Origin: Nostoc sp. DedSLP01 | GTDB lineage: Bacteria; Cyanobacteriota; Cyanobacteriia; Cyanobacteriales; Nostocaceae | Assembly (NCBI GenBank): GCA_034530875.2 | Contig: JAVRCJ020000011.1 | Location: forward strand, 153,055 to 217,054 | Length of the DNA stretch: 64,000 nt | Reading direction: 5' to 3' | Shown here: positions 19,647 to 29,263 of the stretch, piece by piece | Layout of the letters: each line of letters starts with the position of its first letter | Numbering within the stretch: the first letter of the stretch is position 1 | The notes under the pieces: generated by a model | Seen by the model: only the letters and a program-made list of their open reading frames with translations | Databases searched by the model: none | What the model was told of the DNA's origin: nothing | Program-made: the position numbers and the translations under genes

Positions 19647-21587
19647 TCACACTGTGCTGATTTTTTGGGCTTCAGGCTCAACCTGTATTGCTGGTGTTTC
19701 TTCTTCAAATACGGCTAAGTCAAACCAAAAAGTTGTACCAACGCCAACTTCGCTGACCAAATGGACTTTACTACGGTGTCTGTCCATGATGTTTCTGACT
19801 ATAGATAAACCTAAACCTGTACCTTCTAGAGTGTGAACTCGGTTTTCTACGCGGAAAAAGCGTTCAAAAATTGAATGTTGATCTTCTGTGGCGATGCCAA
19901 TTCCAGTATCAGAAATTTCAATTCGCACTGGTGGAGATTGGCTGTGATTAGGCTTAGAATCTAGTTGGTAAGCGCGGATTGCTACTTTACCGCCAGCTTT
20001 TGTAAATTTGAGGGCGTTACCAATCAGATTTCCAAATACTTGCACTAACAAATCATAATTACCCAGTACCAAAGGCAAATTAGGAGCAACTTCTTGAATC
20101 AGTTCGACACATTTATCCTTAGCATTGAGTTGGTAAGTACGCAATGTTTGCTCGATCGCTTGGGTAACATCCACTCCATCAAAGCTATAGTTGCGACCAG
20201 ATTCGAGTTTTGACAAATCTAAAACATCGTTAACTAAGCGAGTCAGGCGATCGGTTTCATGGTTCACTGTTTGCAGAAACTCTTGCCGTTCTTTTACCCC
20301 CAAGTCTTCGCCGTAGTCGTGCAGCGTTTCAATATAGGTTTTGATGTTAAATAAGGGCGTTCGCAGTTCGTGAGAAACGTTGCTGATAAATTGGCTTTTG
20401 GCTTCGTTTAATTCCACCTCGCGGGTGATATCTTGGATGGTAATGGCAATGCCTTTGATGCTTTCTCGTTGCAGGTTGAGTACTGTAGTTAACAGAATGC
20501 GGATTGTTCTGTGGATGGGTTGGTTGAGAAAAATCCGAAATTCGGCGCTTTCGCATTCGCCGGCGGCCATTTCGTACAAAGGATGAGTGATTTGCATTTG
20601 CACTGCTGGGGGTAAGTGATGCAGCACATTGCGCCCTACTACTTCAGAGGCTTCCCAACCAAAAATTCGCTGGGCTATGGGGTTGACTAAAATCACCTGC
20701 ATGTTGTTATCTATCAACACAGCGCCATCAGCGATGGTAGAAACTAAGGTTTCTAGCTTGGCTTTTTCCGCGGTGAGTTCTTCGATATTTTGTTCTTCAT
20801 AGCGCTCTAATCGCTCTGCCATTTCATTAAAGCTGAAAATTAACTCCCCCAGTTCGCCGCCTAAAGGTAAATCAATGCGCTGCTTGAAATTCCCCGCAGC
20901 AATTTGTTTTACCCCCACCAGCAATTCTTTAATTGGCTTGGTGATAGTCAAAGCGTTAATTACTCCTGCCAAAATCACCATTACCCAAATTGTGATAAAT
21001 ACTGCAATGGTGACATCGCGGGTAAAATTGGTGGAGATGACAGCAGTGGGATTGGGATTGATACCGATCGCCAATACACCCAGGTATTTTTTATCGACGA
21101 TTAAGGGAATAAATACATCCGTGACTGTACCAGATGGGGTTGTATGCTGTCGCACCATCGGCTTATCCCCTTCACCAGGATAATCCTCTGGCAGTTGTAT
21201 CCGCCGTTCAATGGTAAGGGAGTTTTCCACCTCCGGTTCCCAAAAAGGAATGCCAAAAAAGATTTTCCCAGTTTCATCGGCATACAGCATATAACGCACG
21301 CTAGAGGTACTGCTGTAGAAGCGTTGCGAAAATTGGGCAACCTCAGTCAGATTATTATCAGCCACTAGTGGGGCAACGTTGGCAGCAAGCAGCAGTCCCA
21401 AATCGCGCCCGAAACGGGTGTCATTCGTCCGTGCATCCTGTTGAATGGTGTTTACAGCCCAGAAGGTCAAACCACTCATTACCAAGGAGACTACCATTGT
21501 CGCCACAGCCAACAGTTTGGTCTGGAGGGTGAACTCAGACCACCAACTAGCGATCGCATCTCGAATTGTTTTTAACAGAGCTAGCAT
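19647..21587 (-). CDS. nblS: Sensor histidine kinase NblS/Hik33/DspA (TM-HAMP-PAS-HisKA-HATPase)
   Basis: WWSEFTLQTKLL, NDTRFGRDLGLLLA, SNVSHELRTPLFNIK, VENRVHTLEGTGLGL. Confidence 0.95.
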   Translation of the reverse strand: MLALLKTIRDAIASWWSEFTLQTKLLAVATMVVSLVMSGLTFWAVNTIQQDARTNDTRFGRDLGLLLAANVAPLVADNNLTEVAQFSQRFYSSTSSVRYMLYADETGKIFFGIPFWEPEVENSLTIERRIQLPEDYPGEGDKPMVRQHTTPSGTVTDVFIPLIVDKKYLGVLAIGINPNPTAVISTNFTRDVTIAVFITIWVMVILAGVINALTITKPIKELLVGVKQIAAGNFKQRIDLPLGGELGELIFSFNEMAERLERYEEQNIEELTAEKAKLETLVSTIADGAVLIDNNMQVILVNPIAQRIFGWEASEVVGRNVLHHLPPAVQMQITHPLYEMAAGECESAEFRIFLNQPIHRTIRILLTTVLNLQRESIKGIAITIQDITREVELNEAKSQFISNVSHELRTPLFNIKTYIETLHDYGEDLGVKERQEFLQTVNHETDRLTRLVNDVLDLSKLESGRNYSFDGVDVTQAIEQTLRTYQLNAKDKCVELIQEVAPNLPLVLGNYDLLVQVFGNLIGNALKFTKAGGKVAIRAYQLDSKPNHSQSPPVRIEISDTGIGIATEDQHSIFERFFRVENRVHTLEGTGLGLSIVRNIMDRHRSKVHLVSEVGVGTTFWFDLAVFEEETPAIQVEPEAQKISTV

Positions 21588-21833
21588 CTTAAATAAAGTT
21601 GTTAGTAGTCCTTGTTATAAACCCCAACAACTTAAAAATTAACAGTTAATTTGACAAATATGTTAGCGATTGGGTATTGGGCATTGGGCATTAGTATAAT
21701 TTCATCTCTCCTGGCTCTTGAGTCATGGCGTTTATCGGATGCCGGAGTCATAATCTTGAGCTACTGGAAAACTGACTCTATATTACCTCCCACAACAAGT
21801 TCCGCAGCATCGTATTGTCAGAGGAAGCGATCG

Positions 21834-22178
21834 CTAGGATGCTACTGCAAAATCTGTGTGCTGACGCATCTTCGGCTCATGGAATGCCAACACGATATCT
21901 TCTTTCGGAACGCCTGCACGAACTAGGTCATTTGCGATACCGTTTTCAGTCCAATCTTCCTCAATCCAGAATTTGCCATCTCGAATCCGGACGTAAACGG
22001 TCATACCAGTAATGCGTTCGCCATTTTGCCAACCAAGGTTCATCCAAATATTGTGACCCTTTGGCTCATCGATAATTAAGAATCTTTCGATGTCTCGGTT
22101 AGAACTACGATTAGATAGTTCCACGTACTCGTAGAGGATACGCTTAATTATTTTAGGGTACTCAGTTAATTTATCCAT
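21834..22178 (-). CDS. xisI: XisI family protein
   Basis: MDKLTEY..GKFWIEEDWTENGIANDLVRAGVPKEDIVLAFH signature. Confidence 0.88.
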   Translation of the reverse strand: MDKLTEYPKIIKRILYEYVELSNRSSNRDIERFLIIDEPKGHNIWMNLGWQNGERITGMTVYVRIRDGKFWIEEDWTENGIANDLVRAGVPKEDIVLAFHEPKMRQHTDFAVAS

Positions 22179-22259
22179 TGTTCATAGCTTAAGTATAAGT
22201 CAGGCTGGCTGACTAATAAAAATTAGGGCTAGCCTTAAAACTTATGGGGTTTGCTTCTC

Positions 22260-23543
22260 CTACTTCCTAGTCACCACTCTATGCCCGATATCTCTTCGGT
22301 AATATATCCCCTCAAATTGAATGTATTCTATCCCTGCATAAGCTTGGGCGATCGCTTGCTCAAAATCTGCTCCAATACCAGTGACATTTAACACTCGCCC
22401 CCCGTCTGTAACTATTTGATGTTGCTGGTTCAATTTCGTGCCTGCATGAAACACAATTGCTCCAGCTTTTTCAGCTTCGCCAATGCCAGTAATTACTTTA
22501 TTTTTCTCGTATTCTCCCGGATAACCGCCGGATGCAGCAACGACTGTAGCAGATGCTCCTGGTTTCCAAGCAAGTGGGGGCAGTTCGCCTAAGCGCTGCT
22601 GTGCGCAAGCTAAAAGTAACTCTTCTAGGGGTGTGTCTAATAGTGGCAGGATTACTTGGGTTTCGGGATCGCCAAAGCGACAGTTAAATTCCAAAACCTT
22701 GAAGTTGCCACCAGGCGCAATCATTAATCCAGCGTACAGTACGCCACGGTAGTCAATGCCTTTGGATCTTAAAGAGGCGATCGCTTTTTCTAAAACTTCC
22801 GTTTGAATCCGTGCCATTAACTCTGGTGTCGCAATGGGTGTAGGTGCGTAGGCTCCCATACCGCCAGTATTTTCCCCCGTGTCCCCCTCACCAATCCGCT
22901 TATGATCTTGCGCTGGCAGTAAAGGTCTAATTGTTAAGCCATCGGTTAAAGCTAAAACTGATACCTCTTGCCCAATCAAACATTCTTCAATGACGACAAA
23001 TTGATCGGCACTACCAAATTGCCCCTGAAAAATCGCGTCAATGGCACTATGGGCTTGTTCAACTGTTTCAGCTACGATGACGCCCTTACCAGCCGCCAAA
23101 CCATCAGCTTTGACAACAATTGGCGCTCCCTCAGATTTGGCGTAAGATTTTGCTGCTGTTGCCTCCGTAAATACCGCAGCCTGTGCTGTCGGAATTCCGG
23201 CTTCTTGCATCAGCGCTTTTGCCCAAGCTTTGCTAGCTTCAATCTGCGCTCCTGCTCTGCTCGGGCCAAATACCAGCAGTCCTTTGTTTTGTAGATAGTC
23301 TGTAATTCCCTTAGCTAAGGGGACTTCTGGCCCGACTATCACCAAAGTTATACTTTGCTCTATTGCGTATCGGCTTATACCTTCAAAATCATCTACTGCT
23401 AGGGGCAAATTCTGGCAACGTTCCATGCTTGCTGTGCCGCCGTTTCCTGGTACGCAAACAACTTGCTGAATTTGCTCAGATTGCAGCAACTTCCATGCTA
23501 GAGCGTGTTCGCGCCCTCCATTCCCTACAACTAAAACTTTCAC
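22260..23543 (-). CDS. purD: Phosphoribosylamine--glycine ligase
   Basis: GNGGREHALAW, KADGLAAGKGV, NTGGMGAY, EFNCRFGDPE, YRRDIG. Confidence 0.98.
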   Translation of the reverse strand: MKVLVVGNGGREHALAWKLLQSEQIQQVVCVPGNGGTASMERCQNLPLAVDDFEGISRYAIEQSITLVIVGPEVPLAKGITDYLQNKGLLVFGPSRAGAQIEASKAWAKALMQEAGIPTAQAAVFTEATAAKSYAKSEGAPIVVKADGLAAGKGVIVAETVEQAHSAIDAIFQGQFGSADQFVVIEECLIGQEVSVLALTDGLTIRPLLPAQDHKRIGEGDTGENTGGMGAYAPTPIATPELMARIQTEVLEKAIASLRSKGIDYRGVLYAGLMIAPGGNFKVLEFNCRFGDPETQVILPLLDTPLEELLLACAQQRLGELPPLAWKPGASATVVAASGGYPGEYEKNKVITGIGEAEKAGAIVFHAGTKLNQQHQIVTDGGRVLNVTGIGADFEQAIAQAYAGIEYIQFEGIYYRRDIGHRVVTRK

Positions 23544-23649
23544 TGATTTCCTCGTGCCTTCCTTGCGAAACGAGAATGCCTTAAGGCTACTCGCGGATCA
23601 ATTTTTCCATTAACTCTCACACTGTGCAAGCCCCTGCATTCAATGGGAA

Positions 23650-23737
23650 GATGGGGGGATGGGGAGGCAGGAGGCAGAAGGCAGGGGGCAGGAGGCAGGG
23701 GAAAACTAATGACTAATGACTAATGACTAATGACTAA
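23650..23737. repeat. STRR heptamer repeats (GGCAGGA/G)n and (CTAATGA)n
   Basis: Visible tandem heptamers. Confidence 0.85.
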
Positions 23738-23922
23738 TTTATCAATAAATACACTTAAATATTTTCAATACAATAATTATTTTAAGTATTTGTAATGACT
23801 TTTTTACGATTAAACCAATTAGCTAATTAGTACAAAAAATCCTTCTTAGGTAATGACGATTATTGGTTACAAGTATTAACCTGTGAGTGTAGAAATTAAT
23901 TAAAATATCAAAAAATAGGCAA

Positions 23923-24873
23923 ATGAGTAAAGTTATCGTCACTGGAGTCGCTGGTTTTATTGGTTCTCATCTAACAGAAACATTGCTGCAACAAGGAAAA
24001 GAAGTCATTGGAATTGATGAATTCAATGATTATTACAATCCGATGTTAAAGCATAAAAATATTGCGCACTTAAATGGGTCACCGGGGTTTAAATTAATTG
24101 AAGGAGATATGCAGTTTTTAGATTGGCATCAACTCCTGAAAGATGTTGATGTGGTTTATCATCAAGCGGCACAAGCGGGTGTAAGGGCGAGTTGGGGTCA
24201 AGGTTTTAGAAGTTACACGGAACGAAATATTAATGCTACGCAAGTTTTGCTAGAAGCAGCCAAAGATGCTAAAAACCTCAAAAGGTTAGTGTTTGCTTCT
24301 TCATCGAGTGTATATGGTGATGCAGAAACTTTACCTACGCACGAGGGTATTTGTCCGCACCCAGTTTCTCCGTATGGAATTACGAAGCTAGCGGCTGAGT
24401 TTTTGTGTGGGCTATATTACAAAAACTTTGGCGTGCCATCTGTATCGTTGCGCTATTTCACAGTTTACGGCCCCAGACAGCGCCCAGATATGGCATTTCA
24501 TAAGTTCTTTCAAGCGATTTTGCAGGATGAGGCAATTCCGATTTACGGTGATGGACAACAAACGCGGGAGTTTACGTTTGTTAGTGATATTATCGCTGCT
24601 AATTTAGCAGCAGCGATCGCACCTGAAGCAGTGGGAGAAATCTTTAATATCGGCGGCGGTAGTCGGGTAGTTTTAGCAGAAGTCTTGGAGACAATTGAAC
24701 AAATCGTTGGCAAACCAATCAAAAGAAACTACAAAGAAAAAGCGATGGGAGACGCCCGTCACACTGCTGCTGATATATCTAAAGCCGACAAAATTCTTGG
24801 ATATCAGCCACAAGTCTCTCTAACAGAAGGCTTGACGCAGGAATGGCAATGGATTAAGTCTTTATATTCTTAA
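23923..24873 (+). CDS. NAD-dependent nucleotide-sugar epimerase/dehydratase (UDP-glucuronate 4-epimerase-like)
   Basis: TGVAGFIG, AAQAGVR, YGITK (YxxxK), YGPRQRPDMA. Confidence 0.92.
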   Translation: MSKVIVTGVAGFIGSHLTETLLQQGKEVIGIDEFNDYYNPMLKHKNIAHLNGSPGFKLIEGDMQFLDWHQLLKDVDVVYHQAAQAGVRASWGQGFRSYTERNINATQVLLEAAKDAKNLKRLVFASSSSVYGDAETLPTHEGICPHPVSPYGITKLAAEFLCGLYYKNFGVPSVSLRYFTVYGPRQRPDMAFHKFFQAILQDEAIPIYGDGQQTREFTFVSDIIAANLAAAIAPEAVGEIFNIGGGSRVVLAEVLETIEQIVGKPIKRNYKEKAMGDARHTAADISKADKILGYQPQVSLTEGLTQEWQWIKSLYS

Positions 24874-24876
24874 TAC

Positions 24877-24982
24877 TATAGTAGGAGGCAGGAGGCAGGA
24901 GGCAGGAGGCAGGAAGCAAAAGTATTACTATTCCTGGCATTCAACCTTTCAAAATGTCCTAATCTATTTGGCTATCACTATA
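24877..24982. repeat. Small MITE-like element containing (AGGAGGC)n
   Basis: Bounded by TATAGT...ACTATA inverted ends, with an internal heptamer array. Confidence 0.45.
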
Positions 24983-25146
24983 TTTCACTAATTGGTTGAG
25001 GATACGGCATCATTTGAGATTTTCGGTGCGTTAGGACTAATACCGATTTACAATGAAGAAATTCAGATTCTATTTAATTCTCCAGGTTTCAATTTGTTGC
25101 CGAATTTTAGAGAATTGGTATAACATCCATAACGCACCCTAGAAAA

Positions 25147-28100
25147 CTATTGCCACGTTCCCAATTCATCAATGGTATTACGAATTAGCGAAGTTATTTG
25201 AGCGCGACGGGTTTCAAAATTAGCGGCAATATAAATTAGCAAAATTCCAACTAACAAGCCGACAACCCATTTCAAAAAAGAGTACTGCAAGCTGAAAATT
25301 ACTGATTGATAGATAGTAGTAATTAAAAAAGTAGCTGTACCAATGTACAGAAAAGCCCGCACTCGCAAAGCTAATCCAGCAAAAATGGCGATGAGGCTAA
25401 AAATACCGGGTATCCACGGTGTATCTTGATGAAATAAAATTGCCCAGCCGCAAATTAAACCGCTACCCAGCAAACGCAGGGTATGGCGAACTGTTTTAGA
25501 TTCTGGTAATCTCAGCTGGGTATCTACTTGAGCAATGTAAAGTAGCGATAATCCAAATGATGTTACATACCACAAAGCATCACGCAGATATAAGCCATAA
25601 AGCCAACGGTACAACGCCCAATTAATCAGCACCACACTGATATAGGTAAAACGGATGTTGCCACCCACTTTTGCTAAAAAGATGTAATATGCAGCGGTGA
25701 GTATCAAAGCGATCGGGTAAATTTGTAGTGCAGTTTGCCATATAACGATTAGCGGTAAAACGTACGCAGCTTGTTGCCAAGGTCTTTTAGACCAACCCCA
25801 AGTTTCCCAAGGTAAGATATACAGAAAATAGGCGGCTACGCAGGCGATCGCACCATCCCAAGGAAGCAATTGTGTAGTAAATAAACTAATTATTGGGATT
25901 TCCCGCGAATAAATACTGATGGCAATCGCCTCTAACAAACCCAGGTAAACCCAAAGTTCATCTATTGATATACCCCAGGCTGTTGCCAAAGATGCTTCGG
26001 GCGATCGCTTTCCTTGAAAAATTGCATACCGCACCAAAAATATCCCAGTTCCCAATCCCAGCAAACGGTTAAATCCAATGGGAACGGCTATAGCAGCGAT
26101 TAATAAGCAGCTACTCCAAGCCCAGTGAATATCAGCTATGTTTTTGAGTTCTTGGCGAGTTAAGCGTAAGTAGCCCATTAACCAAGGTAACAGGATGCGA
26201 TAGGCATACATGATACTCGCACCAAGGGCAGACATGGCAATCAATCCATCGCCTAATGTTCCGCCTGAAGCTTGGGACATTTGATAGAACAAAAGTTCGT
26301 AAGCAGAAATTGATATGCCAATGATTCCTAAATACAGCAGCGGTTTAAAGTCTTCCCGGCGTCGCCCTACACCAATAATTATTAAAGCTACACCCAAGGA
26401 ACACAAACCCGTCCACTCGGTAAAGGTTTCTACACGCAAGAATACGCTGAATACACCATAAATTAATGGCAAAATGTGAAGGCTACTAGGCAGCCTTTGT
26501 AATTGATGTCGTCGTCGCCACCACTCTCCTACAAGCTGAGTAATTAAACCCAAGGCGATATTTGCGATCGCAATCCTAATAATGGATCTTTCCCCAAACC
26601 CTAAAACTTGGGCTGTCAACAATTCCAAACACCAACCAATGCTATAAAATGCCCAATTTGTTGGTTGCTGCCAACTGCGATAGATAATACCTCCTAAAAT
26701 AATACCAGTGGCAATTAAGTACAAAAATCCAGAATTAGCTGCCCCTCGATAAATCAAGATTGAGTGCAGCGTTAAAGCAGAGAATTCATAACCACACAAA
26801 GCGATCGCCCATTTATCGCTGGCGGCTGCATAGATAGCTGCTAATTCGTTACTACGTTGTCTGAGTGCTGTGCGTATTAACCATAAACTGAAAGTGGCGA
26901 TCGCTCCGACAACAAACCAACCAGCCACCGCTAAAGGAGGTAAACCAGGCACGCCCGTCCACAGCACTACGCCGATAAAACTTAAAACAAATCCTTCCGC
27001 AATCACCGCAGCTACTTGGTTTCGCAAATAGCGCGTATTTACGAACATGATTACCGCGCCCACAGCCAAGCCAATTAATCTAATTCCTGGTAGCTGTAAA
27101 GTAAGTAACTGGGCAATTCCCACAGTTAAAATACTTAAGTAACGGGTAATAGTACGATTTTCTAGATTTGCGCCATTGGCAACACCCGTAAGAGCTATGG
27201 GCGTAACCAGCCAAATAACTCCCCAATAAGCCCTGCTATCGGCGACGCCATACCAAGATGATTCTGCATTCATCCACAACAGCAAAAAACTAACGGCGGC
27301 TAATCCTAAACCGATGTCCCATGCACTACGTCGCCATAATCCAGCCCCCATACTAAATATCCATTCTGCAACCATCACAGCCAATAAAATACTTGCCCAA
27401 ACTTCTCTACTGAGTGTTGGCAAGAACCAATGAACCAGCGAACAAAACGTCAGCACGCCGATGATATGAGTCAGGTATACCAGAGGAGGAGATGAGGAGG
27501 GGCGGCGTTTGCTGACAACAGCAAGGGCGATTGTAGAAAATAGCAGATTTAGCGATCGCAACGCCGGATTGACTACAGCGATCGTTGTCAGAAAAGCTCC
27601 TAATAATAAAGCCAGTAGTTCCCCAAATTCAGCCAATTCTCGTTTTTGGGCGCGATAGAAATAATCTGTAAGCGCCACCATGAAAATTACGTAAGGAAAT
27701 AAAACTACACCCAGCAATGCCCAAGGTTGATTTTGAGAATTTGTGAGTCCGGTAGCAGTAGCGATGGCCAATTCTTGTAAATTATGGGGTACTAACCGCC
27801 AAGCAAGCCAAATTGTCTGTAAACCAATAACGAAAATCGCCGCCAAGTCAATTTTTAAACTGTAGCGCTGCAAGCGATTTCCCACAAACCACAAACCCAA
27901 ACCACTCACAGCTATAGCTTGCCAGGGATAATTAATTACTGAAACCAACCAACCCAGTAAGAGTAAAATCGCACCGAATCTTTCCCAAACTAAGGGAGAT
28001 GACGGAGATATTACAGTTACTTCCTCATCTCCCCCTGCTCCCTGCCCCCTGCCCCCTGCCCCCCTGCCTTCCTCCTGTGCTAGCCAAGTCACCAACCAGC

Positions 28101-29067
28101 CGCAAATCCCAATCGCTAAACCTAGCTGTGTAACATTTACCCCAGCAATAAAAATCGCCCGTCCTAACAAGACTAGCAAAGCATAAATTATGACTGTAAC
28201 GCGTAAATTAATACTGAAATTATGGCGATCGCTGGTGTTATCTGCGTAACGGCGATTGGCAACAGCAATTATAGTTGTGGCGATGGTTGCCAGATAAACA
28301 GCAATTAAAGGAAATCCTCTAAATTGCCAACCCCAATGTAGATAACTCAACCCCAGAATATTGACTATAAGTAATTTATCGCTATTTATACGGGGAAAAA
28401 TAGTCCGATTTTTAAAGATTAAAGCAGTAATAGCAGTGAGGGTAGGCAAGGCGATCGCAACTACAATCCAATCCAGCGGATTTTGCCATAAGCGAAAGCT
28501 ATCCATCGCCCAAAAGTTCACTGGCACTAACAAAAGAGTGGCAATCAATAATGTCTGAGCTGTCAATCTCAAGTTATTTTGCCTAGTCGCCCAAAAGCTT
28601 AACCCCCAAAAACTCAAAGTATAAGCAAATAAAACTCCATACTGCCCGGAAGCAGGAAATTTTGCCCACTGACTAGCAGCCAGTACCCCAGAGGATACCA
28701 CTACTAAAAATACCCCTAAAAAAAGCAGCCAACGGACGCTCAATTCTGCTCCTAATGACTGCAACATTGTGCTGAAAAAGTTGGGTTGAGCTGGTGTTTC
28801 TGTCGCTTGTTTGCTACTAGTAGCTTGTAAAGCTCCTACAGGCAACTGTTGCACGGCATCGGAAGTTGCAAATTTTACCTGAGCTTCACTTTTAGCCTGG
28901 GGTTGTAACCTCACCGTACAAACCAGGAATTCTCGGGATATTTGCCTAACTTGGGAATCGGATATCAAACCTAAGCGCAGCCATATCTCAAGTCCCTCCA
29001 ATAAATGGGGATGAGAAGATGGAAGCCTGATTTCAACTTTTAGCGGGCGCTCAAAAGGCGATGACAT
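25147..29067 (-). CDS. Large polytopic membrane protein (DUF2157-like); alternative TTG start at 29076
   Basis: LEIWLRLGLISDSQV N-terminal motif, ELSVRWLLFLG, and very many hydrophobic helices. Confidence 0.75.
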   Translation of the reverse strand: MSSPFERPLKVEIRLPSSHPHLLEGLEIWLRLGLISDSQVRQISREFLVCTVRLQPQAKSEAQVKFATSDAVQQLPVGALQATSSKQATETPAQPNFFSTMLQSLGAELSVRWLLFLGVFLVVVSSGVLAASQWAKFPASGQYGVLFAYTLSFWGLSFWATRQNNLRLTAQTLLIATLLLVPVNFWAMDSFRLWQNPLDWIVVAIALPTLTAITALIFKNRTIFPRINSDKLLIVNILGLSYLHWGWQFRGFPLIAVYLATIATTIIAVANRRYADNTSDRHNFSINLRVTVIIYALLVLLGRAIFIAGVNVTQLGLAIGICGWLVTWLAQEEGRGAGGRGQGAGGDEEVTVISPSSPLVWERFGAILLLLGWLVSVINYPWQAIAVSGLGLWFVGNRLQRYSLKIDLAAIFVIGLQTIWLAWRLVPHNLQELAIATATGLTNSQNQPWALLGVVLFPYVIFMVALTDYFYRAQKRELAEFGELLALLLGAFLTTIAVVNPALRSLNLLFSTIALAVVSKRRPSSSPPLVYLTHIIGVLTFCSLVHWFLPTLSREVWASILLAVMVAEWIFSMGAGLWRRSAWDIGLGLAAVSFLLLWMNAESSWYGVADSRAYWGVIWLVTPIALTGVANGANLENRTITRYLSILTVGIAQLLTLQLPGIRLIGLAVGAVIMFVNTRYLRNQVAAVIAEGFVLSFIGVVLWTGVPGLPPLAVAGWFVVGAIATFSLWLIRTALRQRSNELAAIYAAASDKWAIALCGYEFSALTLHSILIYRGAANSGFLYLIATGIILGGIIYRSWQQPTNWAFYSIGWCLELLTAQVLGFGERSIIRIAIANIALGLITQLVGEWWRRRHQLQRLPSSLHILPLIYGVFSVFLRVETFTEWTGLCSLGVALIIIGVGRRREDFKPLLYLGIIGISISAYELLFYQMSQASGGTLGDGLIAMSALGASIMYAYRILLPWLMGYLRLTRQELKNIADIHWAWSSCLLIAAIAVPIGFNRLLGLGTGIFLVRYAIFQGKRSPEASLATAWGISIDELWVYLGLLEAIAISIYSREIPIISLFTTQLLPWDGAIACVAAYFLYILPWETWGWSKRPWQQAAYVLPLIVIWQTALQIYPIALILTAAYYIFLAKVGGNIRFTYISVVLINWALYRWLYGLYLRDALWYVTSFGLSLLYIAQVDTQLRLPESKTVRHTLRLLGSGLICGWAILFHQDTPWIPGIFSLIAIFAGLALRVRAFLYIGTATFLITTIYQSVIFSLQYSFLKWVVGLLVGILLIYIAANFETRRAQITSLIRNTIDELGTWQ

Positions 29068-29263
29068 AAGCCGCAATAATAGATGTATATACTTAAATCA
29101 TGGATTTAAAGTATATTTTGGCTTTAATTATGGAATTTATCAGGCTAATTGATATTAATTTTTTGATCTAAGTACAAGGCACGAGGTAAAATCCTCAATA
29201 GTAAAAGGTTTCCCTTTCGTTACAAAAACGGCCTCCTGCCCCCTGCCCCCTGCCTTCGTTATC

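Noticed and set aside
21651..22012. Short plus-strand ORFs between nblS and xisI
   Set aside because: They begin in heptamer repeats or overlap xisI antisense, and show no protein signature.
21834..22178. Heterocyst excision element
   Set aside because: No recombinase, xisH or interrupted target gene is visible.
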